Source: Psammoneis japonica
Taxonomy: Eukaryota
Assembly: GCA_008632985.1 (NCBI GenBank)
Contig: QPGO01000089.1
Coordinates: 1-64,000, forward strand
DNA length: 64,000 bases
Reading direction: 5' to 3'
Part shown: in pieces, positions 14,614-27,880 of the stretch
Layout: every line of letters begins with the position of its first letter
Position numbering within the stretch: position 1 is the first letter of the stretch
The notes under the pieces: generated by a model
The model's database searches: none
What the model was told of the DNA's origin: nothing
The model's input: only the letters and a program-made list of their open reading frames with translations
Made by a program: the position numbers and the translations under genes

Positions 14614-15164
14614 GTGCATTTGTCTGGGCAATTCTCAAAGGATGTGTGTGTCTCTTTGTCATCTGCTGGACATTCAGATGGTGAAGCAACCAATGACTTG
14701 GACTCGCGTGCTGATGCGTGTGCTGTTGGGTCCAATTTTGCAATGCACTCTGACATCGACCGCACTGTCATGGTGCACCCTTGCTCCGAAGAGCGCACGC
14801 CAATGAAAAACATTCCCGTTTGCACGGCTGCTGCTGTGTGGGTTGATCCAACTGATGGACAACCACACCTGCTGTCAGTCCATGAGGCCATGTGTTTTGG
14901 GGACAGGATGGCTGACACTCTGCTGTGCCCCAACCAACTGCAAGCAAATGGACTGACTGCCCATGACACCCCTCGCCAGTTTGACTCTAACAGCACACAC
15001 TCTGTTGCTTTCCCTGACTCGAAGATCAGGGTGCCGTTGCACATGCGAGGTGTTGCTTCAGTTTTTGACTCACACAAGCCGACAAAGGAGGATCTGGAGA
15101 ACCTTCCCCAGCTGGAACTCACATCACCCCTGAGATGGGAGCCTTCTGCTGATGCCATGGCGCA
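14614..15164 (+). pseudogene. Copia aspartic protease region
   Basis: LDSRADACAVGSN resembles the LDSHADT motif; TLLCPNQLQANG, PLHMRGV and ELTSPLRWEP are typical of this copia group. Confidence 0.8.
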
Positions 15165-17878
15165 CTGAATGCAAACCAAAACGCGGCTCCCACAAAAAGA
15201 AAAAAGAAGTCATGACACGAGGACAACCAATTGGCTGCCTTTGCATTCATGGCAATGATTGATTCTCGCGCAATTCCATGCATTCCTTGTGGCCACAATT
15301 CTGCCTTTGTTTCACAGCTGCACCCTCTGTGTGTTTTCCGCACGCGCTCCTTTGTCGACATGCCATTGTTCCATGATCAATGACAATCTCATGCAGTGGA
15401 AAACGAATTGCACCCAGCTCTCTTGGCTCAATTGCTTGACGTTCTTTTTGACATTTTTTGTTCTCACTTGCAAAGTTTCCACACAGGTTTCAGTGCAAAT
15501 TCTGTGTGTTCTGCAAGTCGTTTCAGATGAACGACTCGTCAAACTGCCGATTGCTCTCTCTCCATGCCTCTCAAGTGTCAACGACCCCCCTTCTCTCTGC
15601 TGTCCATTCAAGTTTCCTGTGTCATGTGGCGAACATCTTCCTGTCATTGTTCCTTTCAGAAGTTTGAAGAAGAGACCAGCTCAGTGTGCGTTGGCCAACC
15701 TTCCGCGTGCCGACAAGTCCACACAAGTTTCAGCACAAGTTCTGCATGTCAAGGAAACATTTTCAAATGGCCGATCTCCCAATCTCTCAACTGCTCTCTG
15801 TCCACACCTGCCAAGCTCCAAAGACCCCTCCTCTGCCTGCTGTCCTTTTAAGTTCTCTGCTTTGTGCAGCAAACACCCTTCCATCTTTGCTGCTTCCAGA
15901 AGTGTGAACTCGAGATCAACTCGGCTTGATTTGGATCTTTGCCTGTTGCCAATGCTTCCTGCCAAGTTCCTGTGCAAGACTCAGCACAAGTTCTGCGTGT
16001 CATGAAAACATTTTCTGATGGCCTGTTTTCCGATCATCCGACGGCTCTCCATCTGCACCTGCCAAGCTCCAATGACCCCCCTTTCCTCAGTGCCTTTTTA
16101 AGTTCTTTGCTTGGTGTGGTGAACTCCCTTTTGTTGTTGCTGCCACCAGAAGTTTGACTTTGAGACCAACTTGGTGGTTGGTGATGTTTTGGTCCCTGTT
16201 TGTGAAATTTGCAGTGTTTGCTCTGTTTCAGATCCCTCCTCACTTTGGAGTGTTCCAGCACGGCTTGCTTCAGTGGAATGACAAGATCCAGCCAGAAGCA
16301 AAGAGCCACTCCATTGCTGTGGTTTCAAGTGCTTTGAAGGTGCCAAATCAATTTGCTGTTGCTGCCACAATTCTGCCTTTGTTTCACGGCCATGCCCTCT
16401 ACGTGGTTTTCTGTGCAAGCTCTGGTGCAGATGTCACCTTTTTCTGATGGTGCAATGACGGCTCTCACCTGCCTGTTCAGACGTGCTCCTTTGTCAACAT
16501 GCCATTGTTCTGTGATCATTGACAATCTTGTGCAGTGGAGACCGAATTGCACCCAGCTCTCTTGGCTCAATCGCTCGACGTTTTTCTTGGTGTTTTTTGT
16601 TCTCGCGTGCAAAGTTTCCACACAGGTCTCAGCGCAAATTCTGCGTGTTCTGCAAGTCATTTCAGACGGACGACTCGTCAAACTGCCGATTGCTCTCTCT
16701 CCATGCCTCTCAAGCATCAACGACCCCCCTTCTCTCTGCTGTCTGTTCAAGTTTCCTGTGTTGTGTGGCGAACATCTTCCTGTCGTTGTTCCTTTCAGAA
16801 GTTTGAAGAAGAGACCAATTCAGTGTGCATTGGCCAATCTTCCGCATGCCGACAAGTCCACACAAGTTTGTGCAAGTTCTGCGTGTCAAGGAAATGTTTT
16901 CAAACGGCCGATCTCCCAATCACTCGACTGCTCTCCATCCACACCTGCCAAGCTCCAAAGACCCCCCCTCCACCTGCTGTCCTTTCAAGTTCTCTGCTTC
17001 ATGCAGCGAACACCCTTCCATCTTTGCTGCTTCCAGAAGTGTGAATTCGAGATCAACTCGGCTTGATTTGGCTTTTTGCCTTTTTGCCGATGCTTCCTGC
17101 CAAGTTCCTGTGCGAGACTCAGCACAAGTTCTGCATGTCATGAAAACATTTTCTGACGGCCTGTTGTCTGATCATCCAACGGCTCTCCATCCATGCCTGC
17201 CAAGCTCCAGCGACTCCCCCTTTCCTCAGTGCCTTTTTGAGTTCTTTGCTCCATGTCATGAACTCCTTTTTGTTGTTGCTGCTGCCAGAGGTTTGATTTT
17301 GAGACCAACTCGGTGGCTGGTGATGTTTTGGTCCCTGTTCATGAAATTTACGGTGTTTGCTCTGTTTCAGATCCCTTCTCACTTTGGAGTGTTCCAACAT
17401 GGCTTGCTTCAGTGGAATGATCAGATCCAGTCAGAAGCAAAGAGCCACTCCATTGCTGTGGTTTCAAGTGCTTTGAAGGTGCCAAATCAATTTGCCATTG
17501 CTGTCTGCGACACTGCTCCCAGCTGTTCCCGGCGGGCATCATCATTTGTTGGTGACGCCCATCTTGGCTGGTTGCAATGCATTCCTGCCGCACACATGTG
17601 TGCTGGGGGTGTGGGTCAGCTTGTTGCCGGAGTTGCAGGGTGGAAGTGCAGCAGCACTTCAAACACAGAATTTTGGTTTTGTTTTTAATTTGCTGTTGCT
17701 GTCTGTGACACCACTCCCAACTGTTCCTGGCGGGCATCATCATTTGTTGGCGACACCCATCTTGGCCATTCGCAATGCATTCCTGCCACGCTGTTGGTGT
17801 GCTGGGGGTGTGGGTTGGCTTGTTGCCGGAGTTGCAGGGTGGAAGTGCAGCAGCACTTTAAATGCAGAATTTTGGTTT
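15165..17878. mobile_element. 2.7-kb unclassified insertion with 15-bp target-site duplication and internal tandem duplications
   Basis: tgatgccatggcgca at 15150-15164 and 17879-17893; copia frame reads through when removed; internal ~1.1-kb and ~190-bp duplications. Confidence 0.8.
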
Positions 17879-18109
17879 TGATGCCATGGCGCAAAAGGAG
17901 GAAGTGCACGCATGTGCCAGTGAGTGCCAAGGGTCAGTGAAGTCTGACGGACAGGCAATGATGATGAACGCGACCAGGTGTGTCACTTCAATTCATTCAC
18001 ACCAAACATCTCATCATGACGAGAACGCCATTGTGGACACTGATGACGACAATTCTCTGCATCGCCACCTGGTTGCTCAGGCGAGCGCATCTCCCACAAC
18101 AACATTGAG

Positions 18110-18505
18110 GACGCGCTCCAGCTCTGGGTGGGACCTTGCACTGCTGAGCTGTGACATGTTTGTTTTTTGTCATCCGTCGCATGTTTCACGCACACATTTC
18201 TGCATGCTCTGTCACAAAAAATTGTTCCACACCGCCTGTTTTGCGAAGCCAAAGGCTTTCTGTTGTCTGCATTCATGTTGACAAAAACACTCTGGGTGTG
18301 TTCTTCAATGTCTGAAGAACACACCCAGGCATGCTGCAAAGCACGTGCTTCAAGTGTGGAGGAGGAGATGCGTTTGCAAAATTGCCTCTTTTTCTGTTGG
18401 CAATCATTCACATGTTCATTGCCCAATGATTTTGCTGCAGAGCTCGCACACAGAATTCTGTGGGCCCAATGTCACAAAAAGTCCCACCTGGGGCTGGAAC
18501 CCGTC
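18110..18505. mobile_element. MITE, family 1 (396 bp), fully TpA-depleted
   Basis: TIRs gacgcgctccag...ctggaacccgtc; TSD TGAG on both sides; no TpA seen. Confidence 0.9.
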
Positions 18506-18509
18506 TGAG

Positions 18510-21500
18510 GGAGACGGGCTGCATGACCGGTGCAACCCAGACATCCACCTGGATTGTGCCAAGCGGAAATGGGTGCATGCGCTGTTGACCTCAAGTCATG
18601 CATCAACCATCACACCCAAGATGCTCTCCAAGAGGTGGAACATTGGTTTGACGGCCACCAAGAACACCCTCAGAGTGACGACCCAGGCAGGGGTCCGCAA
18701 TGTCTGCATGCCATCCGAGCGGAAAGTCTGGAAGAAAGCCCCGTGGCTTGAGTTCCCTGCTGTCAAGAGACACCTCTGCTCTGACCAGATGTTTTCGAAG
18801 GTCAGGTCAATGCATGGCAAGATGGGAGGAAGCGCACCTGCCAACAAAAGAGGGCATGACAAGCTCCATCCTTGGAAGAGAAACAGGACCACCTGAATGC
18901 CATCATGTCATTTGTGCATGACGTTGGCATTCCGCAAGTCCTTGTGTTGGATGGCGCGCCGGAAATGGCAGAAGGCCAGACCAAGGAGATTTGCAAGGAA
19001 TGCAGGATGCACCAGGAGGTGTCCACCCCGCACAGCCCCTGGCAGAACCTGGCCAAGGCATCCATCCATGAGTTGAAGAAGAGAGTCCGAGTGACTCTGT
19101 GCCGGACTGGCGCTCACAGGCGACTTTGGTCCCGCAGTGCCAAATGGACATGTGATGTCCAACACATGATTGCGACTGCCAGCACATCGGACATGGGAGG
19201 ATGAGTCCCAGAAGAAGAGGTGACAGGTTCAACACCTGACATTTTGTCACTCTCTCTCTTTGATTGGTGTCAACCTGTCTGCTGTCACATGCCTGTGGCA
19301 GAGTTCCCACACAAGAAGAAGTGCGTCGGCCATTGGCTTGGAGCAGCCGACAACTGCAACTGCGCTGGCGACATGGCATTTGTCATCCTTCGCAAATCAG
19401 GCAGACCCATCATTCGGAAAGATGTGTGGGCCATGCCGGAGGATGACCTTAAAACTCTGGCGATCAAAACGGATCTTGCGTCAGTCAATCAGGCCTTGAT
19501 CGAATGACTTGACATCCCAGAACAGGGTGCCAATGCTGACTTCCCTGAACTCCCTGATGACTTCATGGACGAATGGGGCAATGCTGTCGAACCCATGGAA
19601 CCCGACGCTTCCAAACCAGAAACTGATGAGCACACCCCGGAGGGGCCAGATGAACACCTCACAGCTCAAGTCATGTCACCACGTGGAGGCAAGCTGACTC
19701 ATGCTGGGGTCATTGCATGCAAATGAGATGATGACGGGGTTCCCATTGGTGCTGGGAATGACAACCCTGTCCCAGACTCGAGGACACACGATGTGGAGTT
19801 TCCTGATGGATCCACTGATTCCTGTGCCACTGACGCAATTGCAAAGAACCTGTTCACTCAGATGGACTCTGAAGGGGATGACTGCCAGATCATGAAGGAG
19901 ACAGTCGATCACCAATGTGATGCCCGTGCCACAATGGCTGATGACAGGTGCATGACAACTGAGACTGGCAGGCACGCTCCTGGGAGGATGACTGCAGGCT
20001 GGGACCTGCAAGTCAAATGGAAGGACGGGACTGCATCCTGGGTTCCCCTCAAGGATTTGAAGGAATCTGACCCAGTCGAGGTTGCTGAGTGTGCTGCAGC
20101 AAACAAGGCAGCTGGTGAACCATCTTTTAACTGGTGGGTCCGAGACGTCTTGCGTCACAGGTCAAGGATCCTGAAGAAAGTCAAGCCGCGTTGCTGGAAA
20201 CGCACGCACAAGTTCAGAGTTGAGCTCCCAAAATCCGTTGAGGAAGCTGTGGAGACAGACAACAGAGTGGGGGCTGACTTTTGGTTCAAGGCCATTGAGA
20301 AGGAAATGCGCAACGTCATGCATGTGTTTGAATTCTGTGATGATGACACTGCACCAGTCGGGCACAATCACATTGATTGTCACATGATCTTTGACATCAA
20401 GAGCACCCTCCAACGCAAAGCAAGGTTTGTGGCCGGAGGCCATCAAACCGATCCACCCAAGGAATTGACTTGTTCCAGTGTGGCATCACATGACAGCGCT
20501 GGGACAGCATTCACTGCAGCAGCTCTGAATGACCTGGAGGTCCTGAGTGCTGACGTTCAGAGTGCCCACTTGAATGCACACACTGAGGAGAAGTGTTGCA
20601 CTGCTGCTGGCCTGGAATTTGGGAAGCACAATGAAGGAAGGCCGGCAATTGTTGTCTGAGCCTTGTGTGGTCTCAAGTCTTCAGGTGCGAGATTCAGGGA
20701 ACACATGGCAGCCACCTTGCATGACACTGGGTTTGAGTCTTGCAAGGCTGACCCAGATGTCTGGATGTGAGCTGCGGTCAAGCCAGGTGGCTTCAAGCAC
20801 TGGGAACATGTGCTTGTGTGCATGGATGACTTGTTGTGCATCTCCCATGAACCTCAGAAGGTCGTGGATCATGTGAGCTCCAGGCACGGGCTCAAGGACG
20901 GAAGTGTCTGCGAGCCGGAAGAGTGCTTGGGCGCCCAGATCAGAAAGTGCCAGTTGTCTGACTTGGATGGCAAGACGCGCTGGGCCATGTCCTCTGACCT
21001 TTGTGTCAAAAGGGCATTGGCCAATGTTGAGTTGGAGCTCAAGAAAACTGGCGGGCCTTCCGACAAAGGCGTTGACGCCCTTGAGCTCAGGGCATGGGCC
21101 TGAGCTGGATGGCTCACCTGAGTTGAGTGCCAAAATGGCCAACTGCTGCCAAGGCCTTGTTGGTGTGCTGCGATGGACAGTTGAGCTGAGGCGAGTGGAC
21201 ATTTTTGTCGCTTCCTCACTCATGTCCTCCTGCTTGGCAGCACCACGAGTTCAACACCTGGGCGAGGTGCTCCATGTCTTTGCATGCTTGAAGGCTTGCT
21301 CCAAGTCTGCGCCAGTGTTCGACGACGCTGAGCCGGTCTTTGACGAGAGTCGTTTTGCCAAGTGCAACTGGGGAGAACATTGTCCTGGTGTGGCTGAACC
21401 AATTCCGCCGAACATGCCAGAAGCACGTGGGAACAGCATGACTGCTGCTTGCTTTGTTGGCGCTGATCATGCCGGATGCTGTGTGACGTGCAGGCCCCAC

Positions 21501-21900
21501 ACTGGGATCCTGACATTCAACAATGAGCTCCCACAAGGTGTTGCTCTGAGCGGCAGAATGCCATGGAATCATCCACTTTTGGGTCGGAGTTCATGGCAAT
21601 GAAGACTGCAGTGGAGCAAATTGAAGCCTTGCGTTGCAAGCTTCGGATGCTGGGAATCCCCATGGATGGAGCCACTGATGTCATCTGCGACAATGAAGCT
21701 GTCTTCAAGAACTCAACTGAGCCGGAGTCTGCTTTGAAGAAGAAGCACAGTGCAGTTGCCTGTCACAGGACTCGTGAGGCACAAGCCACTGGAACAGCGC
21801 ACATTGCTTGGAAAGACGGGTGCACAAATTTGACGGACGTGCCAACCAAGTTTGTTGCCTGGGCTGAAGCTCCGGGAAATTGCAAGCCATGTCCTGTGGC
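18510..21900 (+). pseudogene. pol: Copia pol: integrase, reverse transcriptase, RNase H (frameshifts and stops)
   Basis: LSKRWNIGL, VGIPQVLVLDGAPE, PHSPWQNLA, QVKWKDGTASWVPLKDLKES, CHMIFDIK, KARFVAGGH, ADPDVW, LRCKLRMLGIP. Confidence 0.9.
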
Positions 21901-22052
21901 AAGTCCCAAATGGGGACAAACAGAATGGGTTTGCCGTGCATGCGCGGCTTTGCTCATCCCCAAATGAAAATGATGCCCTGGAGCAGGGCAGCATCAGGTT
22001 GCACTTGTCTGTCAATCTGGCCCAAGTGGAGCCAGCATCAGCTCAAGGGGGC

Positions 22053-22236
22053 TGAACAAATGCTGGCACACTGTCACGAATGCTGGCAATTCGCACACCA
22101 TTGGCAATTGGTCCACTGTCACTCATTTGGTGGTCCCAGCAGTGTGACATCTCACAACTGTGGAACCTGCTGATGCTGTCCAACACTCTGTCTTGCCTCA
22201 CACCCAATTCTTGGCTGTCATGGCAGCGTTTGTTCA
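22053..22236 (+). repeat. Truncated copia 3' LTR
   Basis: Starts TG after purine tract; matches 28814-28997; interrupted by satellite. Confidence 0.8.
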
Positions 22237-23530
22237 ATCGCAAAGGCCAAAAAATCACAAAGGGCACAAAATGGCCAAGGGTGCAAAATCACAAAGGGTG
22301 CAAAATCACAAAGGGTGCAAAATCACAAAGGGCACAAAATCACAAAGGGCGCAAAATGGCCAAGGGCACAAAATCACAAAGGGTGCAAAACGGCAGCAAA
22401 GGGTGCAAAATCACAAAGGGTGCAAAATGGCAGCAAAGGGTGCAAAATCACAAAGGGCGCAAAATGGCGGCAAAGGGTGCAAAATCACAGAGGGTGCAAA
22501 ATCACAAAGGGTGCAAAATCACAAAGGGAGCAAAATGGCCAAGGGCGCAAAATCACAAAGGGTGCAAAATCACAAAGGGTGCAAAGTGGCGGCAAAGGAC
22601 GCAAAATCACAAAGGGTGCAAAATCGCAAAGGGTGCAAAATCACAAAGGGAGCAAAATGGCCAAGGGCACCAAAACACAAAGGGTGCAAAATGGCAGCAA
22701 AGGGTGCAAGATGGCGGCAAAGGGCGCAAAATGGCGGCAAATGGTGCAAAATCACAAAGTGCGCAAAATGGCCAAGGGTGCAAAATCACAAAGGGTGCAA
22801 AATGACGGCAAAGGGCTCAAAATCTCAAAGGGTGCAAAATGGCCAAGGGTGCAAAATCACAAAGGGTGCAAAATCACAAAGGGTGCAAAAAGGCGGCAAA
22901 GGGTGCAAAATCACAAAGGGTGCAAAATGGCGGCCAAGGGCGCAAAATCACAAAGGGCGCAAAATGGCAGCAAAGGGCGCAAAATGGCCAAGGGCGCAAA
23001 GTTGCAAAGGGCTCAAAATCACAGAGGGTGCAAAATGGCCAAGGGTGCAAAATCACAAAGGGCGCAAAATCACAAAGGGCGGAAAATGGCGGCAAAGGGC
23101 TCAAAATCACAAAGGGTGCAAAATGGCCAAGGGTGCAAAATCACAAAGGGTGCAAAATCACAAAGGGCACAAAATGGCGGCAAAGGGTGCAAAATCACAA
23201 AGGGTTCAAAATGGCCAAGGGCACAAATTCACAAAGGGCGCAAAATGGCAGCAAAGGGCACAAAATCACAAAGGGCACAAAATGGCGGCAAAGGGCGCAA
23301 AATCACAAAGGGCGCAAAATGGCCGAGGGCACAAAATCACAAAGGGTGCAAAATCACAAAGGGTGCAAAATGGCAGCAAAGGGCGCAAATTCTCAAAGGG
23401 TGCAAAATGGCAGCAAAGGGTGCAAAATCACAAAGGGTGCAAAATGGCCAAGGGCACAAAGTCACAAAGGGCTCAAAATCACAAAGGGTGCAAAATGGCC
23501 AAGGGTGCAAAATCACAAAGGGTGCAAAAT
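22237..23530 (+). repeat. Satellite of 17/17/20-bp monomers (GGGTGCAAAA + TCACAAA / TGGCCAA / TGGCGGCAAA)
   Basis: Tandem array directly visible; runs into the assembly gap. Confidence 0.97.
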
Positions 23531-23699
23531 NNNNNNNNNNNNNNNNNNNNNNNNNNNNNNNNNNNNNNNNNNNNNNNNNNNNNNNNNNNNNNNNNNNNNN
23601 NNNNNNNNNNNNNNNNNNNNNNNNNNNNNNNNNNNNNNNNNNNNNNNNNNNNNNNNNNNNNNNNNNNNNNNNNNNNNNNNNNNNNNNNNNNNNNNNNNN
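23531..23699. other. Assembly gap (N run)
   Basis: Run of n; satellite changes orientation across it. Confidence 0.99.
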
Positions 23700-23995
23700 A
23701 TTTTGCACCCTTTGTGATTTTGCACCCTTTGCCTCCATTTTGGGCCCTTTGTGATTTTGCACCCTTTGTGATTTTGCACCCTTGGCCACTTTGCAACCTT
23801 TGTGATTTTGCACCCTTTGCGATTTTGCACCCTTGGCCATTTTGCACCCTCTGTGATTTTGAGCCCTTTGCAACTTTGCGCCCTTGGCCATTTTGCGCCC
23901 TTTGTGATTTTGCACCCTTTGCTGCCATTTTGCACCCTTTGCTGCCATTTTGCACCCTTTGTGATTTTGCACCCTTTGCCGCCATTTTGTGCCCC
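23700..23995 (-). repeat. Same satellite, inverted orientation
   Basis: ttttgcaccctttgtga monomers. Confidence 0.95.
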
Positions 23996-25185
23996 AACGT
24001 GATGCGCTGCGATTTCGGTGACAAAAAATGCACCGCGGAGGTCTTGTGCACGGTCGTCGATCAGTTTTTTGAGATTGTCTTCCTTTAGAAACCGGAAACA
24101 AGGCTTGCCGGAAACGGGGTCATTCGAGTTGTCACCGGCAACAATCGTGTGGACAAATTCCACCATGGCTTTGATGTTGCGGCGAAGATTCACACGGTGC
24201 TCTTCTTGTTGAACTGTCTCTCCAGGCACTTTGGAGAAACAGAGAGCTTCATCCAAATTTCGATGACAAAGGTGGCACTGACCTTTCAGCGAGCGGGATT
24301 TCTTCAAGGACCAACCAAACGTCAGGGTGTCCAAGAGTTTTCCTGACGACAATGTTGGTGTGGATGACTTCCGCGACATGTGGAATTCGACACAACTTTG
24401 GCTTGTGGCAAAGGAAGGGAAGAGTGAGAAATTGTGGAGAGGGAGTCCATTTCATCGATTCCAAAAACTGCTTTTTGGACGCATGCGCTGAAACTGTGCT
24501 TTTGAGCTTGGGACCAAACAACTCCATTCCAAAACCATTGGCAAAACATTCCATGTCATCAAAATCATGTTCATCAGGAAATTGGAAGGAAGGATTGGGG
24601 TCAACCTCATCGTGAGACGGGGTGAAGTCGTTGACCGCCATGGCAAGAGGTCAGTTGTGATTCGCGCAGAAAGTGCGTGGATGACAACAGTGCATGCTCA
24701 GGTGGAAAGCAGTTTGGGGAGAGGATGCACTGTTGTGAATTGCGCGGACAATTGCGCGTGCAGAATGAGCACCCGAAGCAGGGCAGCACAGAAAATCCGG
24801 GAGGTGCTGGAAAAATGACACTGGAAATGTGCGCGGGGGAGACTGGAGCACACCGAACAGCAGAGGATGTGCCAGTCAACACGGTGGGGTGTGCATGATG
24901 TGGAGACATTAAAAACCAAAATCAAAGATGTCAGCTCAATGCAAATGTGATGTTAAGATCAAATGGAAATTTGTGAAATCCAAAGAAAACAAAAATCAAA
25001 CTGAGTTGTCAAGAATTGCCAAACACAAACAAATGACAAATGTCGGCACAAAACGGATTTAATGAGTTCAGTGTGTTGTTTCAATTTAAGCACGAAAATG
25101 ACAATTGAAGGTGCAACAAAATCAACCACAATTGGTGACATTCGTGCACAGAAAATTGAAAACCACTGTGTTGCTGCCTCTGATG
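23996..25185 (-). repeat. Inverted diverged copy of 54243-55452 (upstream region and N-terminal part of an unknown ORF)
   Basis: Matching translations MAVNDFTPSHDEVDP / MAVNNFTPSHDDVDP and KMPGETVQQEEHR...FFVTEIA. Confidence 0.9.
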
Positions 25186-25372
25186 TAGAATCGCGCTGTG
25201 ACAAAAAATGTCAAAAGTTGTTGGATGGATCGCTCAACAAGTGCACCGTAAAATGACACAAAATGTCAAAAAAATCATGCAGAAATCTGTGTGTGCGGCA
25301 TGCAATGTGATTCAAAAAACTGTCGATGTCACAGCTCAGCAGTGCGAGGTCCCACCTGGACCTGAAACTCGC
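25184..25372. mobile_element. Half copy of MITE family 1
   Basis: Matches about 43636-43824 including one degenerate TIR (gaggtcccacctggacctgaaac). Confidence 0.85.
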
Positions 25373-27678
25373 CAAAATCACAAAGGGCGCAAAATGGCGT
25401 CAAAGGGCACAAAATCACAAAGGGCGTAAAATGGTGGCAAAGGGCGCAAAATTGCAAAGGGTGCAAAATCACAAAGGGAGCAAAGTGGCCAAGGGCGCAA
25501 AATCACAAAGGGTGCAAAATGGCAGCAAAGGGTGCAAAATCACAAAGGGCACAAAATGGTGGAAAAGGGTGCAAAATCACAAAGGGCGCAAAATGGCCAA
25601 GGGTGCAAAATCACAAAAGGTGCAAAATCACAAAGGGCGGAAAATGGCGGCAAAGGGCGCAAAATCACAAAGGGTGCAAAATGGCCAAGGGCACAAAATC
25701 ACAAAGGGTGCAAAATCACAAAGGTGCAAAATGGCGGCAAAGGGTGCAAAATCACAAAGGGTGCAAAATGGCCAAGGGCGCAAAGTCGCAAAGGGCTCAA
25801 AATCACAAAGGGTGCAAAATGGCCAAGGGTGCAAAATCACAAAGGGTGCAAAATCACAAAGGGTGCAAAATGGCGGAAAAGGGTGCAAAATCACAAAGGG
25901 TGCAAAATGGCGGCAAAGGGCGCAAAATCACAAAGGGCGCAAAATGGCAGCAAAGGGCGCAAAATCACAAAGGGCGCAAAATGGCGGCAAAGGGTGCAAA
26001 ATCACAAAGGGCGCAAAATCGCAATGGGCGCAAAATCACAAAGGGAGCAAAATGGCCAAGGGCGCAAAATCACAAAGGGTGCAAAATCACAAAGGGCGCA
26101 AAGTGGCGGCAAAGGGCACAAAATCACAAAGGGTGCAAAATCGCAAAGGGTGCAAAATCACAAAGGGAGCAAAATGGCCAAGGGCACCAAAACACAAAGG
26201 GTGCAAAATGGCAGCAAAGGGTGCAAGATGGCGGCAAAGGGCGCAAAATGGCGGCAAATGGTGCAAAATCACAAAGTGCGCAAAATGGCCAAGGGTGCAA
26301 AATCACAAAGGGTGCAAAATGACGGCAAAGGGCTCAAAATCACAAAGGGTGCAAAATCACAAAGGGTGCAAAATCACCAAGGGTGCAAAATGGCGGCAAA
26401 GGGTGCAAAATCACAAAGGGCGCAAAATGGCGGCCAAGGGCGCAAAATCACAAAGGGCGCAAAATGGCAGCAAAGGGCGCAAAATCACAAAGGGCGCAAA
26501 ATGGCGGCAAAGGGTGCAAAATCACAAAGGGCGCAAAATCGCAATGGGTGCAAAATCACAAAGGGAGCAAAATGGCCAAGGGCGCAAAATCACAAAGGGT
26601 GCAAAATCACAAAGGGTGCAAAGTGGCGGCAAAGGGCGCAAAATCACAAAGGGTGCAAAATCGCAAAGGGTGCAAAATCACAAAGGGAGCAAAATGGCCA
26701 AGGGCACCAAAACACAAAGGGTGCAAAATGGCAGCAAAGGGTGCAAGATGGCGGCAAAGGGCGCAAAATGGCGGCAAATGGTGCAAAATCACAAAGTGCG
26801 CAAAATGGCCAAGGGTGCAAAATCACAAAGGGTGCAAAATGACGGCAAAGGGCTCAAAATCACAAAGGGTGCAAAATGGCCAAGGGTGCAAAATCACAAA
26901 GGGTGCAAAATCACAAAGGGTGCAAAAAGGCGGCAAAGGGTGCAAAATCACAAAGGGTGCAAAATGGCGGCCAAGGGCGCAAAATCACAAAGGGCGCAAA
27001 ATGGCAGCAAAGGGCGCAAAATCACAAAGGGCGCAAAATGGCGGCAAAGGGTGCAAAATCACAAAGGGCGCAAAATCGCAATGGGTGCAAAATCACAAAG
27101 GGAGCAAAATGGCCAAGGGCGCAAAATCACAAAGGGTGCAAAATCACAAAGGGTTCAAAGTGGCGGCAAAGGGCGCAACATCACAAAGGGCGCAACATCA
27201 CAAAGGGTGCAAAGTGGCGGCAAAGGGTGCAAAATCACAAAGGGTGCAAAATCGCAAAGGGCGCAAAATCACAAAGGGAGCAAAATGTCCCAGGGCGCAA
27301 AATCACAAAGGGGGCAAAATTGCAAAGGGTGCAAAATGGCAGCAAAGGGTGCAAAATCACAAAGGGCGCAAAATCGCAAAGTGCGCAAAATGGCCAAGGG
27401 CGAAAATCGCAATGGGCGCAAAATCACAAAGGGCAGAAAATGGTGGCAAAGGGCGCAAAATCACAAAGGGTGCAAAATGGCCAAGGGCACAAAATCACAA
27501 AGGGTGCAAAGTGGCGGCAAAGGGCGCAAAATCACAAAGGGTGCAAAGTGGCGGCAAAGGGCGCAAAATCACAAATGGTGCAAAATGGCGGCAAAGGGCG
27601 CAAAATCACAAATGGTGCAAAATGGCGGCAAAGGGCGCAAAATCACAAAGGGTGCAAAATGGCCAAGGGCGCAAAGTC
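25373..27678 (+). repeat. Satellite array with ~520-bp higher-order repeat
   Basis: Same monomers; variant marker agggcaccaaaacacaaa at 26181 and 26701 (also ~22664). Confidence 0.95.
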
Positions 27679-27745
27679 GCTGGCCTTCCTTCGTTGTGCT
27701 TCCCAAATTCCAGGCCAGCAGCAGTGCAACACTTCTCCTCAGTGG
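27679..27745 (-). other. ~65-bp inverted fragment of the copia RT (20581-20646)
   Basis: Reverse complement of cactgaggagaagtgttgcactgctgctggcctggaatttgggaagcac...; translates TEEKCCTAAGLEFGKHNEGRPA. Confidence 0.9.
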
Positions 27746-27880
27746 CCATTTTGCGCCCTTGGCCATTTTGCTCCCTTTGTGATTTTGTGCCCTTGGCCAT
27801 TTTGCTCCCTTTGTGAATTTGCGCCCTTGGCCATTTTGCACCCTTTGTGATTTTGCACCCTTTGCCGCCATTTCGCACCC
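27746..27880 (-). repeat. Short inverted satellite block
   Basis: ccattttgcgcccttgg monomers. Confidence 0.9.

Larger units (their letters stand above)
13811..22236 (+). mobile_element. Ty1/copia LTR retrotransposon, 5'-truncated and degenerate (copy 1), with nested insertions
   Basis: Order gag C-terminus, protease (DLDSRADAC), integrase, RT (KARFVAGGH; CMDDLL for YxDD), RNase H (ESSTFGSEF, ICDNEAV), purine tract aaggggg, LTR start at 22053. Confidence 0.92.

Noticed and set aside
22237..27678. CRISPR array
   Set aside because: Monomers are contiguous with no unique spacers, no cas genes, eukaryotic TE context.
22080..27850. Long Lys/Gln/Gly-rich ORFs (up to 818 aa)
   Set aside because: Translations of a 17/20-bp satellite that lacks stop codons; open in all frames.
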